DNA of 64,000 bases from Escherichia coli (GCF_045037415.1 NZ_CP173438.1); one strand, 5' to 3'; positions 49,705 to 61,413 are shown, numbered from the stretch's first letter. Notes: generated by a model from the sequence alone, not told the origin. Made by a program: numbers and translations.

Positions 49705-50623
49705 ATTTAGCCATGTCAGCAAACTGTTCGGCGCACAAAAAGCCGTTAACGATCTCAATCTCAATTTTCAGGAAGGGAGTTTTTCGGTGCTGATTGGTAC
49801 ATCAGGCTCCGGTAAATCCACCACTCTGAAAATGATTAACCGCCTGGTGGAGCATGACAGCGGGGTGATCCGCTTTGCCGGAGAAGAAATTCGCTCGCTG
49901 CCAGTACTGGAGTTGCGCCGCCGGATGGGCTATGCCATTCAATCTATTGGCCTGTTTCCCCACTGGAGCGTGGCACAAAACATCGCCACCGTGCCGCAAT
50001 TGCAAAAATGGTCACGGGCGCGGATCGACGATCGTATCGACGAATTAATGGCGCTACTGGGGCTGGAGCCAAATTTGCGTGAGCGTTATCCGCATCAGCT
50101 TTCCGGTGGTCAGCAGCAACGTGTGGGAGTGGCGCGCGCACTGGCTGCCGATCCGCAAGTCTTACTGATGGATGAACCTTTTGGCGCGCTGGACCCGGTA
50201 ACGCGCGGCGCGTTGCAACAAGAGATGACGCGCATTCACCGTTTGCAGGGGCGTACCATTGTGCTGGTCACTCATGATATTGATGAGGCGCTACGGCTGG
50301 CAGAACATCTGGTATTGATGGATCACGGTGAAGTCGTGCAGCAGGGCAATCCTCTGGCGATGCTGACTCATCCGGCGAATGATTTTGTCCGCCAGTTTTT
50401 TGGTCGTAGTGAGCTGGGTGTACGCCTGCTTTCGTTACGTAGCGTGGCAGATTACGTGCGCCGTGAAGAACGGGCTGAAGGTGAGGCACTGGAAGAAAGG
50501 ATGACGCTACGCGATGCGCTTTCTCTGTTTGTCGCGCGGGGATGCGAGGTGCTGCCGGTGGTGAACACGCAGGGCCAGCCTTGCGGCACGCTGCATTTTC
50601 AGGATCTGCTGGAGGAGGCGTAA
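49697..50623 (+). CDS. yehX: Osmoprotectant ABC transporter ATPase
   Basis: 308 aa; Walker [10 protein letters not shown], signature LSGGQQQRV, Walker B LLMDEP. Confidence 0.85.
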   Translation: MIEFSHVSKLFGAQKAVNDLNLNFQEGSFSVLIGTSGSGKSTTLKMINRLVEHDSGVIRFAGEEIRSLPVLELRRRMGYAIQSIGLFPHWSVAQNIATVPQLQKWSRARIDDRIDELMALLGLEPNLRERYPHQLSGGQQQRVGVARALAADPQVLLMDEPFGALDPVTRGALQQEMTRIHRLQGRTIVLVTHDIDEALRLAEHLVLMDHGEVVQQGNPLAMLTHPANDFVRQFFGRSELGVRLLSLRSVADYVRREERAEGEALEERMTLRDALSLFVARGCEVLPVVNTQGQPCGTLHFQDLLEEA

Positions 50624-50627
50624 GCGT

Positions 50628-51359
50628 ATGAAGATGTTGCGCGATCCGCTGTTCTGGCTCATTGCTTTGTTTGTGGCACTGATTTTCTGGCTACCTTATA
50701 GCCAGCCGCTGTTTGCTGCCTTGTTCCCACAACTGCCACGACCCGTTTATCAGCAAGAAAGTTTTGCAGCTCTGGCACTGGCTCATTTCTGGCTGGTGGG
50801 AATTTCGAGTTTGTTTGCGGTGATCATTGGTACTGGTGCCGGAATTGCTGTCACTCGCCCGTGGGGTGCGGAATTTCGCCCACTGGTGGAAACTATTGCC
50901 GCCGTTGGGCAGACTTTTCCGCCCGTCGCGGTGCTGGCGATTGCCGTTCCGGTGATCGGCTTTGGTCTGAAACCAGCGATTATCGCCTTGATCCTTTACG
51001 GCGTGCTGCCCGTCCTGCAGGCGACACTTGCCGGGCTGGGAGCGATTGATGCCAGCGTGACAGAAGTTGCGAAAGGTATGGGAATGAGTCGTGGTCAGCG
51101 ACTGCGTAAGGTCGAGCTACCGCTGGCGGCTCCGGTGATTCTGGCTGGCGTGCGAACTTCGGTGATTATCAACATTGGTACGGCGACGATCGCCTCAACG
51201 GTAGGGGCCAGCACGCTGGGTACGCCCATCATCATCGGACTTAGCGGATTTAATACCGCGTATGTGATCCAGGGAGCGTTACTGGTGGCACTGGCGGCGA
51301 TCATCGCAGACCGCCTGTTTGAAAGGCTGGTGCAGGCGTTCAGCCAGCACGCAAAATAA
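50628..51359 (+). CDS. yehW: Osmoprotectant ABC transporter permease
   Basis: 243-aa permease with EAA-loop ([14 protein letters not shown]). Confidence 0.85.
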
Positions 51360-51447
51360 AGGTATAACCTGCGAGCATGACGCCACCAATTCCGCCTAAC
51401 GCCATAAACAGGAACAGGGCGATGACCCCAATTTTAGCTATGCGCAT
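51340..51447 (-). CDS. yohO: Small hydrophobic membrane protein (35 aa)
   Basis: Minus-strand ATG at 51445-51447; translation [35 protein letters not shown]; stop overlaps last 20 nt of yehW convergently; below ORF-track cutoff; gene name from memory of K-12 layout. Confidence 0.5.
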
Positions 51448-51506
51448 AATGCACTCCTTATGTTAACGAAAGGATTGTACAGTAAAGCGCATTTGTTAAC
51501 GAATCA

Positions 51507-52238
51507 TTAAATGCCGAGTGGGAAAATATCATGGCCTTGTTCTTGCCAACTGGTGAGTTGCTGCTGTTGGGCGGAGGTTCGATTATCACCGCACCACACC
51601 AGCAATGTACGGCCTTCGAACAGTTCAGGGCGTAGTTGATTGAGCGAGTGGGCGAGGACATCAATGCGCCATCCTTGTTGACTGGCAATCCAGCCCTCCA
51701 GCCACAGACGAGTGGTATCCTGAATATTCCAGCCAACCACCAGTGCATCTTTACCCTGTTTTTTGCGCGCCGAAGCCAGGCAAATAGAGATGTAGTTGAT
51801 CAGTACGCCGTCGAGGATCGCCAGCAGCGTCTGGAGAGTCGGTTGTTGGCACTGAAGCCGTCGGCGCAGAGGAATAAACAGATGTGTGGTGAGTGTCTGG
51901 GCGGGGTAATCCTGACCGCGCTCTTTGATCCACGTTCGCAGGCTATGCAGATTGCCGCTTTGCAGGTAAGTCAGTAATGTTTCTTGCTGATCGCGCCAGC
52001 CGTTCTGCACATCAACATTTTCATTACTGAGCAGCATTTTTACTTTGCTGACCTGCACGCCGTTGTCGATCCAGCGTTTGATCTCGCGGATCCGGTCAAT
52101 ATCGGCATCGTTGAACAGCCGATGGCCGCCGTCTGTCCGTTGCGGTTTCAGCAATCCGTAACGCCTCTGCCACGCGCGTAACGTGACAGGGTTAATATCA
52201 CAAAGCAACGCCACTTCACCAATTGTGTAAAGCGCCAT
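51507..52238 (-). CDS. mlrA: MerR-family transcriptional regulator (curli/csgD activator)
   Basis: 243 aa; N-terminal MerR HTH (MALYTIGEVALLCDINPVTLRAWQRRYGLL). Confidence 0.85.
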   Translation of the reverse strand: MALYTIGEVALLCDINPVTLRAWQRRYGLLKPQRTDGGHRLFNDADIDRIREIKRWIDNGVQVSKVKMLLSNENVDVQNGWRDQQETLLTYLQSGNLHSLRTWIKERGQDYPAQTLTTHLFIPLRRRLQCQQPTLQTLLAILDGVLINYISICLASARKKQGKDALVVGWNIQDTTRLWLEGWIASQQGWRIDVLAHSLNQLRPELFEGRTLLVWCGDNRTSAQQQQLTSWQEQGHDIFPLGI

Positions 52239-52459
52239 CGTCTCACCCTTGCTCGCGAGGTCCCGGTTTAACTTTAGACGCAGTTTTGCGAACCAGGTAG
52301 TTTTGCCCGTTTTTTGTGCATCTATAGGGTGATTTTATTTTTGCCAGGCGATTTTGAGTGATCGTACTCACGAATTCTCATTTTTCTGCAAGAGTTCAAA
52401 GAAAGTTAAACGCAAGCAATGTATGTTACGCATTTTAAAGGGAAGTGTGGTTTGCGGGT

Positions 52460-54145
52460 ATGTACGATTTTAATCTGGTGTTGCTGCTGCTTCAGCAGAT
52501 GTGCGTTTTTTTAGTCATTGCGTGGTTAATGAGTAAAACGCCATTATTCATACCGTTAATGCAGGTCACGGTTCGTCTGCCGCATAAATTTCTCTGCTAC
52601 ATCGTCTTTTCCATCTTCTGCATCATGGGCACCTGGTTTGGGTTGCACATTGACGATTCTATTGCCAATACCCGTGCGATAGGCGCGGTAATGGGCGGCT
52701 TACTCGGCGGTCCGGTCGTCGGTGGGCTGGTTGGTCTGACCGGCGGGTTACATCGATATTCGATGGGGGGCATGACCGCGCTAAGTTGCATGATCTCGAC
52801 CATCGTTGAAGGATTGCTCGGCGGCCTGGTTCACAGCATCCTGATCCGTCGCGGGCGCACTGATAAAGTCTTTAACCCCATTACCGCCGGTGCCGTCACG
52901 TTCGTCGCTGAAATGGTGCAAATGTTGATCATCCTGGCGATCGCCCGACCTTATGAAGATGCGGTGCGTCTGGTGAGTAATATTGCTGCGCCAATGATGG
53001 TCACCAATACCGTCGGCGCGGCGTTGTTTATGCGTATATTGCTCGATAAACGCGCGATGTTTGAAAAATACACTTCGGCTTTTTCTGCCACTGCGCTGAA
53101 AGTGGCGGCCTCGACGGAAGGCATTTTGCGCCAGGGGTTTAACGAAGTGAACAGCATGAAAGTGGCACAGGTGCTGTATCAGGAGCTGGATATTGGTGCA
53201 GTCGCGATTACCGATCGAGAGAAATTGCTGGCCTTTACCGGAATTGGTGACGACCACCATTTACCCGGCAAACCGATTTCTTCGACTTATACCTTAAAAG
53301 CGATTGAAACCGGTGAAGTGGTCTACGCTGATGGCAACGAAGTGCCTTACCGTTGCTCTTTGCATCCGCAATGCAAACTGGGGTCGACGCTGGTCATTCC
53401 GTTGCGTGGTGAAAATCAGCGAGTGATGGGTACCATCAAATTGTATGAAGCCAAAAACCGTTTATTCAGTTCAATCAACCGCACGCTGGGCGAGGGGATT
53501 GCGCAACTGCTTTCGGCGCAGATCCTCGCCGGGCAATATGAGCGGCAAAAAGCGATGCTCACCCAGTCAGAGATCAAACTGCTTCACGCCCAGGTGAATC
53601 CCCATTTTTTGTTTAATGCGCTTAACACCATTAAAGCGGTGATCCGCCGCGACAGCGAACAGGCCAGCCAGCTGGTGCAGTATCTTTCCACTTTTTTCCG
53701 CAAAAACTTAAAGCGGCCTTCGGAGTTTGTTACTCTCGCCGACGAAATTGAACATGTGAACGCTTATCTGCAAATTGAAAAGGCGCGCTTCCAGTCGCGG
53801 TTGCAGGTCAACATTGCTATTCCGCAAGAATTATCCCAGCAGCAATTGCCCGCGTTTACCCTGCAACCGATAGTGGAAAACGCCATTAAACATGGGACAT
53901 CACAACTGCTGGATACAGGGCGAGTGGCAATCAGCGCCCGACGTGAGGGGCAACATTTGATGCTGGAGATCGAAGACAATGCCGGTTTGTATCAACCGGT
54001 AACCAATGCCAGTGGGCTGGGGATGAATCTGGTGGATAAGCGTTTACGTGAACGGTTTGGCGATGACTATGGGATAAGCGTCGCCTGTGAGCCTGATAGT
54101 TACACCCGAATAACGTTACGACTACCATGGAGGGACGAGGCATGA
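52460..54145 (+). CDS. btsS: LytS-type sensor histidine kinase
   Basis: Track ORF trimmed to [17 protein letters not shown] (561 aa); 5TM receptor, GAF-like region, LytS-type HisKA/HATPase. Confidence 0.85.
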
Positions 54146-54861
54146 TTAAAGTCTTAATTGTCGATGATGAACCGCTTGCACGGGAGAACCTGCGCGTATT
54201 TTTGCAGGAGCAGAGCGATATTGAAATCGTTGGAGAGTGTTCAAACGCCGTGGAAGGGATCGGCGCGGTGCATAAACTGCGCCCGGATGTGCTGTTTCTC
54301 GATATCCAGATGCCGCGCATCAGTGGTCTGGAAATGGTGGGGATGCTTGACCCGGAACATCGCCCGTATATTGTTTTTCTCACCGCGTTTGACGAATACG
54401 CCATTAAAGCCTTTGAAGAACATGCCTTTGATTATCTGCTGAAGCCAATTGATGAAGCGCGACTGGAGAAAACGCTGGCGCGATTGCGTCAGGAGCGCAG
54501 CAAGCAGGATGTTTCGCTGTTACCGGAAAATCAACAGGCGCTGAAATTTATCCCTTGTACGGGGCATAGTCGGATTTATTTGCTGCAAATGAAAGATGTG
54601 GCATTTGTCAGCAGTCGGATGAGCGGTGTCTACGTTACCAGTCACGAAGGGAAAGAGGGCTTTACCGAACTGACATTACGTACCCTGGAAAGTCGTACAC
54701 CATTACTGCGCTGCCATCGTCAGTATCTGGTTAACCTCGCGCATTTACAGGAGATCCGTCTGGAAGATAACGGCCAGGCCGAGTTGATTTTGCGTAATGG
54801 CTTAACCGTGCCGGTCAGCCGCCGTTATCTGAAAAGCTTAAAAGAGGCGATTGGCCTGTAA
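54142..54861 (+). CDS. btsR: LytTR-family response regulator
   Basis: Track ORF trimmed to [16 protein letters not shown] (239 aa); receiver domain plus C-terminal LytTR DNA-binding domain; ATGA overlap with btsS. Confidence 0.85.
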
Positions 54862-54907
54862 AAGACTGCTAAAATGGCTTTTTGCCTCATCAACACCTGA
54901 AGGCCTC

Positions 54908-55378
54908 ATGCTAAGTAACGATATTCTGCGCAGCGTGCGCTACATTTTGAAAGCCAATAATAATGACCTGGTGCGTATTCTGGCGCTGGGTAATGTCGAA
55001 GCCACCGCGGAACAGATCGCCGTCTGGCTACGTAAAGAAGACGAAGAGGGTTTTCAGCGTTGTCCGGACATTGTTTTGTCTTCATTCCTCAATGGCCTGA
55101 TTTATGAAAAACGCGGCAAGGATGAGTCTGCTCCGGCACTGGAGCCGGAACGTCGCATTAATAACAACATCGTGCTGAAAAAATTACGCATCGCGTTTTC
55201 GCTTAAAACCGATGACATTCTGGCAATCCTCACCGAACAGCAGTTCCGCGTTTCGATGCCGGAAATTACGGCGATGATGCGTGCACCGGATCATAAAAAC
55301 TTCCGCGAATGCGGCGATCAATTTTTACGTTATTTTCTGCGTGGACTGGCAGCGCGCCAGCATGTGAAGAAAAGCTAA
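54908..55378 (+). CDS. yehS: DUF1456-family protein
   Basis: Track ORF trimmed to MLSNDILRSVRYILK (156 aa); internally duplicated. Confidence 0.7.
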   Translation: MLSNDILRSVRYILKANNNDLVRILALGNVEATAEQIAVWLRKEDEEGFQRCPDIVLSSFLNGLIYEKRGKDESAPALEPERRINNNIVLKKLRIAFSLKTDDILAILTEQQFRVSMPEITAMMRAPDHKNFRECGDQFLRYFLRGLAARQHVKKS

Positions 55379-55385
55379 GACGGGT

Positions 55386-55412
55386 ATGGCGGCCATGCGA
55401 AACATGGCCGCC
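55386..55412. terminator. Bidirectional hairpin between convergent yehS and yehR
   Basis: atggcggccatg-cgaaa-catggccgccga perfect 12-bp stem between the two stop codons. Confidence 0.55.
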
Positions 55413-55418
55413 GACAGA

Positions 55419-55880
55419 TTATTTCACTTCTTTAAAACCAGCGGCTTTCATCACCAGTTCCATTTGCGCCATAGTGATACCTTTTTTGGCATCTTCAGCA
55501 GAAACATTGATTCCTGAAATACCCTGCAGGGCTTTAAAATCCACTTTTTCCATATCAATAGTCACGTTTTCCTGCGCGTAGGTATCGGTATAGGTTAATT
55601 TTTCTTCAACACCCGCGATGTTTTTGTATTTGGCGCTTAACGGCTCAAGTGTCCTGGCGGCATCTTCTTTGGTGGTTGCACCAATGGAGGCAAATTGAAT
55701 TTTGGTTTCAGAAGATTGCTTAAGCACCTTGTCACCTTTGTAGACATAGGTAATGGCAATTTCAGTGCCGTTCAGATTGGCGCTGAATTTCTTTGATTCT
55801 TCTTTGTCACCGCAGCCAGCAAGAGAGAAAACCAGAACAGATGCAACAACAAGGGAAAACAGCTTATTGAAAGCCTTCAT
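55419..55880 (-). CDS. yehR: Lipoprotein (DUF1307)
   Basis: Track ORF trimmed to MKAFNKLFSLVVASVLVFSLAGC lipobox (153 aa). Confidence 0.7.
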   Translation of the reverse strand: MKAFNKLFSLVVASVLVFSLAGCGDKEESKKFSANLNGTEIAITYVYKGDKVLKQSSETKIQFASIGATTKEDAARTLEPLSAKYKNIAGVEEKLTYTDTYAQENVTIDMEKVDFKALQGISGINVSAEDAKKGITMAQMELVMKAAGFKEVK

Positions 55881-56004
55881 GTAAAACTCCATTTTATTTA
55901 ATCAAGGAACTGGTGACTCTCACCAGGGGCTATATAGGATATGCCTAATACTGTGGCGTGAGCAGTCCGGAACAGGAGTAGAACTCTTAATAAAAAGCAC
56001 TATT

Positions 56005-58008
56005 TCATCCTTGTTGCTGAAGCATGGGGAATAATTGTTCGCAAAGCAAAACACCGTTATTCATTGCTTCTACCCGTGCCTCGCTTTCTGTATTACGAAA
56101 TTGTCCCAACACATGTGCCAGCCGATAAAAACCCACCGCGGTGAGGTCATTCGCCAGCAACTCTGCCTCACCAATAGCACTCTGTTCCTGATAGCGCCAG
56201 CCGTTATGGAGCAGTTGAATAAGTAACGCCTGGCAGCGCATCAGCAACTGATGAGCGGTAGACGGCACAGGCAGAACGCTGGCAGAAGGTAGCGGTGCCA
56301 CAGGCGCAGTTTCTGCGTCCAGCGCCCAGGCGCGGGTTTTTGTCATCATCACCCGTGGTTCCAGTGTCAATTGCCCCTCTACAAAACTGACAAAGCCAGA
56401 AACCAGACTCACGGGGTCGTCTGTTTGTTGCAAAAGCGCCGCCATGCGTTCAACGGCAAAAGGAGAACAGGCAGATGCCGGAAGGGATAACGTCAGCACA
56501 TTATCTTCTCCTTCGCCGCTGATTACCTGCGCATCCAGTGTCTGGCGGCTGCTATCCCAACCGAGCGAAATACACTCCGCTACCGGCAGAATAAATAAGT
56601 TATCGACCTGGTTGAGTGGTCGTATGCAGGCGGGGGGACGCTGGCGTAAATATTCCCGCAAAGCCACAATGCCCGGCTGGCGCAACGGCGCGCTCAACAT
56701 TTGCCAGGCGTCTGGCGACAGTGGAACAACACTACTCAAGCGGTTACGGGTCGCTAACAGCAGCTCGCCATCGGCACTGCGTTTTGCAGCTTGTGAAACA
56801 ATTTGCCCACCTGCCAGTGCGCCAGCCTGAAAACTAAACAGCCGACGCGTCGCTGCCGGTGAGTTTTCCTGTTCGCTTCTCTGCCAACTACGCGAAAGAT
56901 GCAAAATACTTCCTGTGTCGGGATCGGTAAACCAGATGCGTAAACCATACTGCTCAATATCCTGCCAGCAACGCATACCTAAAGACACCAGCCGCAGATG
57001 ATCAAGTTTTGCTTCTCCGGCAATGCCAGCGCCAACGACCGTGCGCCACGGCATGGGAGGAACTTCACCGATACTGTCGCGTCGCGCCATCTCTTGTACG
57101 CAATTTAATCGACTGTTTAATGCCGCAAGCTGACGTAAGCATTCTCCGGCATGGTAGTGGCTGGCACGGGCGTGGAAGGCATCAACACTGGCGCGCAATT
57201 GCCGTAGCGATTCACTCACCCATCGCCAGTTGCAGCGTTCCGCCGCTTGCTGCGCGCGACTGAAAGCGGCCTCGTAATGGATTGGCGGTTGACTTATCCC
57301 GCCCAGCCATAATGCCTGGCTTAATTGCTGAACATATTGACGACACGTTTTGCCTTCTTCGCTGGCAAACGGATCATCAGATGATGTCACGTGTTCACTG
57401 CGCATCTGCCAGATTAAATGAGTAAATTCCGCTTGCTGAGTTTTGGCCTCGACGAAGGCCTGCACAGCCAGTACGACATGTTCGCAAAGTGTGCCTTCAA
57501 TGCAATCACAGCGTGCGAAGCGAATGCTGCTGCGGGAATAAAAACGCACATCGCTCATCGGTAATCGGGCAGAGGGAATTTCGCCAGGCGCACAGAACAA
57601 CTCAATGGTGATGCCTTTAGCGACCAGCGCCTGCGCGCGTTTGCGGGTGGCATCGGGCAGGTTAGCCAGTTCTTTCAGCCAGATTGCTGGATCCCACTCT
57701 TCTTCTTTTTTTTCCGTAGGCTGGGCGGTGGCACAAAGTCGTTGATAACTTAACACCAGCATCACGCGATGACGGCACATGCCGCTGGCCCCGCAGGTGC
57801 ACTGAGCCTCTTTCAGTGCCTGGCCGTTCGCCAGCTGGGTACGGACACCGTCACTGAAGGTGGCGATTAAAGCGCCGTTCTCATGACTGATTTCCGGGAC
57901 GTTGCCATTTTCCAGTTCCTTAAGGCTGCGCTTAACAAAACCGGCATTGCTTAACGCCGTCAGAGCCTGCGGCGTCAGTTCTAATAATTCCGGACGTAGT
58001 GAATTCAT
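56005..58008 (-). CDS. yehQ: SWIM zinc-finger protein, last gene of yehLMPQ
   Basis: 667-aa ORF with two CxC...CxH SWIM-like motifs (AQCTCGASGMCRHRVML; ARCDCIEGTLCEHVVLA); ATGA overlap with yehP stop. Confidence 0.7.
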   Translation of the reverse strand: MNSLRPELLELTPQALTALSNAGFVKRSLKELENGNVPEISHENGALIATFSDGVRTQLANGQALKEAQCTCGASGMCRHRVMLVLSYQRLCATAQPTEKKEEEWDPAIWLKELANLPDATRKRAQALVAKGITIELFCAPGEIPSARLPMSDVRFYSRSSIRFARCDCIEGTLCEHVVLAVQAFVEAKTQQAEFTHLIWQMRSEHVTSSDDPFASEEGKTCRQYVQQLSQALWLGGISQPPIHYEAAFSRAQQAAERCNWRWVSESLRQLRASVDAFHARASHYHAGECLRQLAALNSRLNCVQEMARRDSIGEVPPMPWRTVVGAGIAGEAKLDHLRLVSLGMRCWQDIEQYGLRIWFTDPDTGSILHLSRSWQRSEQENSPAATRRLFSFQAGALAGGQIVSQAAKRSADGELLLATRNRLSSVVPLSPDAWQMLSAPLRQPGIVALREYLRQRPPACIRPLNQVDNLFILPVAECISLGWDSSRQTLDAQVISGEGEDNVLTLSLPASACSPFAVERMAALLQQTDDPVSLVSGFVSFVEGQLTLEPRVMMTKTRAWALDAETAPVAPLPSASVLPVPSTAHQLLMRCQALLIQLLHNGWRYQEQSAIGEAELLANDLTAVGFYRLAHVLGQFRNTESEARVEAMNNGVLLCEQLFPMLQQQG

Positions 58009-59141
58009 GACTGAAGATTCTCCGCAAGCCAGGAAGCCAGCTCGCCCGGTGTCATTGCGGCTATTTGTGCGCCGACATTAACCAGCGCCTGGGCCGTATC
58101 GTGGTCATAGCAAGGTGTTGCGCTGCTATCGAGCGCCGCCAGTCCCAGCACTTTGATGCCGCTCTGGACACACTTTTTCACCTGATGCGTCAGCAATGAT
58201 GATGACCCCCCTTCGTAAAAATCGCTCACGAGGATAATGACGCTTTTCGCTGGTTGTTCAATAAGTTGCCGACCATATTCCACAGCACTGGCGATATTGG
58301 TCCCGCCGCCTAATTGCACTTTCATTAATAGCTCTACCGGATCGGCAACGTCTGCCGTGAGATCAACCACGCTGGTGTCAAAAGCGACCAGATGGGTACG
58401 AATGCCGGGTAACTGCCATAAACAGGCCGCCATCACTGCGGAGTGGATCACCGAATCAACCATCGATCCGCTTTGATCAACCAGTAGGACCAGTTGCCAT
58501 TGTTCGCTATAGCGTTTTATGCGGCTGTTAAAGCGGGGGGATTCGATATACAACTTGCCGTGTTGCGGGTGCCAGTGTTGCAGGTTGGCGCGCAGAGTAC
58601 TTTTGAAATCAAAGTTTCGCGCCAGTGAAATAAATGAGCGGCGACGGCGATCGCGTACTCCAGAAAAAGCCTGACGAACTTCCTTTGCCAGTCGAGCCAT
58701 AATTTCTTCCACAACCTGGTGCACTATCCGGCGGGCGGCAGCCAGTACTTCGGGATTCATCAGATGTTTGGTGTGCAAAACGGCGCGTAGCAGGCTTTCA
58801 GAAGGCTGCATACGTTCCAGCACGTCGAGATTCGTCACCACATCTTCAATGCCGTAGCGCAGCACGGCATCGCTTTCCAGCCGCTCAATCACCTGTTGCG
58901 GAAACAGCGTGTGAATGCTGTTAATCCACTCAGGGGTGGTGAGATTTGAACGACCTAATCCACCGTAACGTTCACCACGCTGGAGCCGTTCAGGATCGCG
59001 CCCATACAGCCACTCCAGCGCGTGGTCTATCTGCCGGGCGTTGTCATCCAGCCCACAAAGGGTCGTTTCTGCCGCTTCGCCAAGAATTAATCGCCAGCGT
59101 TGTAGCTCACGGGTGGTCAGAAGATCGTTCAGTTCAGACAT
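58005..59141 (-). CDS. yehP: von Willebrand factor A (vWA) domain protein
   Basis: Track ORF trimmed to MSELNDLLTTRELQRW (378 aa); MIDAS motif in LVLLVDQSGSMVDS; start overlaps yehM stop by 8 nt. Confidence 0.75.
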   Translation of the reverse strand: MSELNDLLTTRELQRWRLILGEAAETTLCGLDDNARQIDHALEWLYGRDPERLQRGERYGGLGRSNLTTPEWINSIHTLFPQQVIERLESDAVLRYGIEDVVTNLDVLERMQPSESLLRAVLHTKHLMNPEVLAAARRIVHQVVEEIMARLAKEVRQAFSGVRDRRRRSFISLARNFDFKSTLRANLQHWHPQHGKLYIESPRFNSRIKRYSEQWQLVLLVDQSGSMVDSVIHSAVMAACLWQLPGIRTHLVAFDTSVVDLTADVADPVELLMKVQLGGGTNIASAVEYGRQLIEQPAKSVIILVSDFYEGGSSSLLTHQVKKCVQSGIKVLGLAALDSSATPCYDHDTAQALVNVGAQIAAMTPGELASWLAENLQS

Positions 59142-61413
59142 GGAAAACTCCCCAGTGTTGCAGCGATGCCAGTGCCTGCTGTTCGAGTTGTTGATGATGT
59201 GCAATGGCTTGTGGTGGACAATGCAACAGCATTTGCAGCGCTGAAACGGGAAGCTGTGTGAGCTGGTAATGCTCAAGCACCTGATGCGCCAGCGTCCCGC
59301 GTTCTCGTGGTGGTAGCCAGGCCATCGCCGCGCGTAAATCGGGCAGGGCATTGATAAAATCGGCATCACTCAGTTGATTTAAATGACTGCTGAAACCGGC
59401 GATAAATACCGGCTGACAGGCCAGTTGATGACGGGCTAATGCCAGCAAACCGTGCAGCGCCTCGCCGGATTGTGCCGGGGATAACTGCGCCAGCATCGTC
59501 AGCGCCGCTTCGGCACTGGCGTTGGGATGTTCCAGACGCATCAGTGCGCCAAGAGTCGCGCCGCGATCCAGCGCCGGGGCATGAATCGCCTGACTGCGGC
59601 GCTCCAGTAAGGCTACCGCCGCAGAAAGCGAAACGCCGGGTAAATTAACGCCGCTATGTAGATCGCGCAGGATATGGCAAAGCGCCTGCCAGCTATGCAG
59701 GTGAGCGTGAAACTCCTTTTCATCCGGTCTGCCGTTGGATTCACATAGCCACAGCGTGCGATCGATGGCCGCGCATAATGTCGTTTGTAATATCTGCGCG
59801 CCTTGCATACCGCTAATTTCATCCAGCCGCCATAAGGCATATAGCACTTCCAGCGCCTGGCCCATTTCGGCGAATTGATTTTCCTGGGCAATTAATAATG
59901 TGAGTTGTTCCAGTAATTGCTGACTGAAAGACGCCAGACCCGCTAACGCTGCCTGGCTAAGACATGTGGTGATACAGCCGATTCCACCCGCGTCCAGCAT
60001 ATCGGCTTCTAATTTATGGCGTGCGGCTTCCTGGAGTGTGGCACCAAAGCAGGCGGCCTCAATCAATGCCGCATGCTGGCTAAGCGGGCGGGTTAATTTC
60101 CAGCATTCTTCACCGTTGCCTGCAAGTGTCAGCGTACTTCCCTGCTGGCGCACAACCCCTGGGATCTCCAGTATTGCCAACCGATGTAACACCTGACTTT
60201 GCGCCAGTCCATCGGGGGTAAAGCGATTTAAGGTAAGCTCCGCCGGAAGAGAGATTCCGGTACGTTCCAGTTCGCAGGTGACATCTTTTGGCAGAGGCGG
60301 TTGTGGCGTAGAAGGGGAAAGTTTACCGAATCCGTCACCCGCTAATGTGTCTATCACCGTTAGCAAAATCGGATCGGTATCGGGATGAATAACTCCGCGA
60401 TAGCTCCACGGCAACGGCGCATTCAGGGCTTCTTTAATCAGCGAGCCAGCTATGGCATCCAGCCAGTCAGTGCGTAGAGGTAGTGTATGGCCGCGCAACT
60501 GTGCCAGTGCCATCGCATGCAGATGAGCAGCAGCCATATCAGCGGTAGAAGCGGGCAATTTGTGCTGGCGCAAACGGGTAAGAACCGTTTTCAGCAGTTG
60601 TTCACCTGCCTGCTGTAAGCCACACTGCCAGCACCAGTTTTGCCAGACCGGGGCAGGCATTCCGGAAAGGTATCCTGCCAGCACATCAAGGCGCTTTTCA
60701 CTGTAGGGTGTGAGATAACAACCTGTAACGCCATCTGCCAGCGAGGACAATTCTGGCTTGTTCATTTCCTGCGGGCATTTGCGCCACATTTTTGCCAGTG
60801 CAGGAGCGTGCCAGCCGCCGCAGACGACTAACACGTCGCCATTGTTTTGCTGCATCGCCCATGTAATCCAGCGAGCCATAAAGGCTTCGCGCTGACGATT
60901 GAGAGCATCTCCGGGGGAATCGCCCCGCAGTTGGGCAAAATAGTGCGCCAGCGTAGAGGGTAATGCAGTTTGCTGGCTTTCATCTTCGAATAAGTGATCC
61001 CACAGGGTATCGCTGTTATCCATGCGGGTGGCACGCAGCAGTAAGGTCTGGCTTTCATCTTGTGTATCAGGCGAATCGTCCTCTTCTTCACTCTGCGCCC
61101 AGCAAGGCAAATCGATGAAGTAAGTTTGTGCCTGAATACGACGTGCGGCTTGTAGCGCCTGCCACTCCGGCGAAAATTCAGCAAATGGCGTCCAGGCACC
61201 ACGCCCGGGGGCCGCACCGTCCTGATACTGGCAATAACTGTAAATAGCTACCGGAAGCTGGTGGGCTAAAAACAGTTCGTCTACCCGGTCATTAAAATCA
61301 GCCGGGCCTTCAATCAATACGTATCGTGGCCGCTGGCTTTCGATTAACGATTTCACCAGCCGGGCGCAGGCCGGGCTATGATGCCGGATGCCGACAATTA
61401 ACGGCTCGCTCAT
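59134..61413 (-). CDS. yehM: Large protein of unknown function in yehLMPQ
   Basis: Track ORF trimmed to MSEPLIVGIRHHSPACARL (759 aa); no motif recognised by eye; start 10 nt after yehL stop. Confidence 0.7.
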   Translation of the reverse strand: MSEPLIVGIRHHSPACARLVKSLIESQRPRYVLIEGPADFNDRVDELFLAHQLPVAIYSYCQYQDGAAPGRGAWTPFAEFSPEWQALQAARRIQAQTYFIDLPCWAQSEEEDDSPDTQDESQTLLLRATRMDNSDTLWDHLFEDESQQTALPSTLAHYFAQLRGDSPGDALNRQREAFMARWITWAMQQNNGDVLVVCGGWHAPALAKMWRKCPQEMNKPELSSLADGVTGCYLTPYSEKRLDVLAGYLSGMPAPVWQNWCWQCGLQQAGEQLLKTVLTRLRQHKLPASTADMAAAHLHAMALAQLRGHTLPLRTDWLDAIAGSLIKEALNAPLPWSYRGVIHPDTDPILLTVIDTLAGDGFGKLSPSTPQPPLPKDVTCELERTGISLPAELTLNRFTPDGLAQSQVLHRLAILEIPGVVRQQGSTLTLAGNGEECWKLTRPLSQHAALIEAACFGATLQEAARHKLEADMLDAGGIGCITTCLSQAALAGLASFSQQLLEQLTLLIAQENQFAEMGQALEVLYALWRLDEISGMQGAQILQTTLCAAIDRTLWLCESNGRPDEKEFHAHLHSWQALCHILRDLHSGVNLPGVSLSAAVALLERRSQAIHAPALDRGATLGALMRLEHPNASAEAALTMLAQLSPAQSGEALHGLLALARHQLACQPVFIAGFSSHLNQLSDADFINALPDLRAAMAWLPPRERGTLAHQVLEHYQLTQLPVSALQMLLHCPPQAIAHHQQLEQQALASLQHWGVFHV

